This document shows positions 63,078 through 64,000 of a DNA stretch of 64,000 nucleotides, one piece after another. The position numbers were made by a program, and so were the translations under genes. Positions within the stretch are counted from its first letter, which is position 1, and every line of letters starts with the position of its first letter. Under the pieces are notes generated by a model. The model saw only the letters and a list, made by a program, of their open reading frames with translations, made no database searches and was not told where the DNA came from. The DNA lies in assembly GCA_000165425.1 (NCBI GenBank), contig CT868385.1, positions 248,001 to 312,000 on the forward strand, written 5' to 3'. Source of the stretch: Paramecium tetraurelia. Lineage: Eukaryota.

Positions 63078-64000
63078 TCATTCTTTTATCCCTAAAGCAC
63101 ATTATAATCTATCCACCAACTTTGGACCTCCAATATCTGAGGCAGTATTTAACATATCTCCTATTCTGCATTTTAAAGATATTATTTCATCTTGCAATTA
63201 CTCTATTAATTAATTAGATTCTTTTTAAGATTTATTTTCGATTAAATTCTCTACGACAGGTTATAGAACTTATTACTTATGATTTGAATTTTCAAATTCT
63301 AACTAGTTTAATCTTTACTCTAAATTTTCTATTGTTTCTTTTAATGATATAATTTTAACTTCATATTCCTTAATCTTCTCACTCATTTTATCATTTGCCA
63401 ATTAGATCCTTTATGTGTATTCTGAATTCTCTATTTACAACTTTTCTAAATTCTCTTTAGCACTTTCTAAAAATTTAATTAAACTTTGCTATTCAACTTC
63501 ACTTTGCTAAAATTGTTATAAGTCTGTCTAGAGTTATTATATCAACTCATCCTATTCTCTTAATTTATTATTATAATTTGAATTCAAATATTAATTGTCT
63601 AATTTACTTTTTTCTTCTATTAATTTGATATCATCATCTTTTTAATTTATCTATCTCTTTAGTTCATTGATGTCTGCTTTATATACTTCAGATTATTATT
63701 CCAAACTTTAGATTTAATTTGTTAAATTTTAAATTTAAAGATTAGAATTACTATTCATTTCATCAACCTATTGTTACCATTTAAGTTTATTATTTTTGTT
63801 TTCCTTATCTAATTCTTACACTTTCTACTATATTTCATTCAACAATTAATTTTAACTCTTTAATGCTATGTTCTATTCTTATATCATAAGTAACTGTTAT
63901 TCCTTTTCTTTCAATGTCTCCTTCAATCCCTCATTTTAAGCTTCAAGGTCTTCTACTTGTTTTTAAATAATTTCTTTTTCCTTTTACCATTCATCGTTTT
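63078..64000 (-). CDS. Long coiled-coil protein, 3' part (begins beyond the window)
   Basis: Open E/K/Q-rich frame ending GDMLNTASDIGGPKLVDRLQCALGIKE*. Confidence 0.75.

Noticed and set aside
1..64000. Prokaryotic-style systems (CRISPR, operons, defence islands, prophage)
   Set aside because: The sequence is eukaryotic, with spliceosomal introns and the ciliate code; no repeat-spacer arrays were seen.

Overview
This is very AT-rich, gene-dense eukaryotic DNA using the ciliate nuclear code (TAA/TAG = Gln, TGA the only stop), with many 20-30 nt GT-AG introns and three trichocyst matrix protein (TMP) genes. It is almost certainly Paramecium macronuclear DNA. The supplied ORF track treats TAA/TAG as stops and ignores introns, so it shows only fragments; I re-translated the genes by hand with code 6. 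About 30 protein genes are supported: MOK, CCT4 (3' end in a 371-N gap), RPL35A, two large PAS-type multipass membrane proteins, a histidine acid phosphatase, a MED20-like protein, a Rho/Rac GTPase, three TMPs, GSK3, a Qc-SNARE, a small 14-Cys secreted protein, UNC119, RPS19, DPH6, ATP-PEPCK, an R2R3-Myb, TTLL10, a ZMYND12-like protein, a degenerate and a canonical CDPK, IQCH, an EGF-7TM protein, a CNBD K+ channel, a bacterial-type alpha-oxoamine synthase, RRP8 and a TM-dCache-TM sensor. The most interesting signals are: a shared upstream architecture at all three TMP genes (a CGTTTTT motif plus a strongly G>C skewed tract); a dCache sensor with an amino-acid-binding-like motif; a CCHC zinc knuckle after a channel CNBD; a CX3C-repeat secreted protein; and several single-base lesions in otherwise intact genes. 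Coordinates are hand-derived gene spans including introns. Family calls come from recalled motifs, not database searches. I recognised no tRNA, rRNA, CRISPR array, transposon or telomeric repeat.
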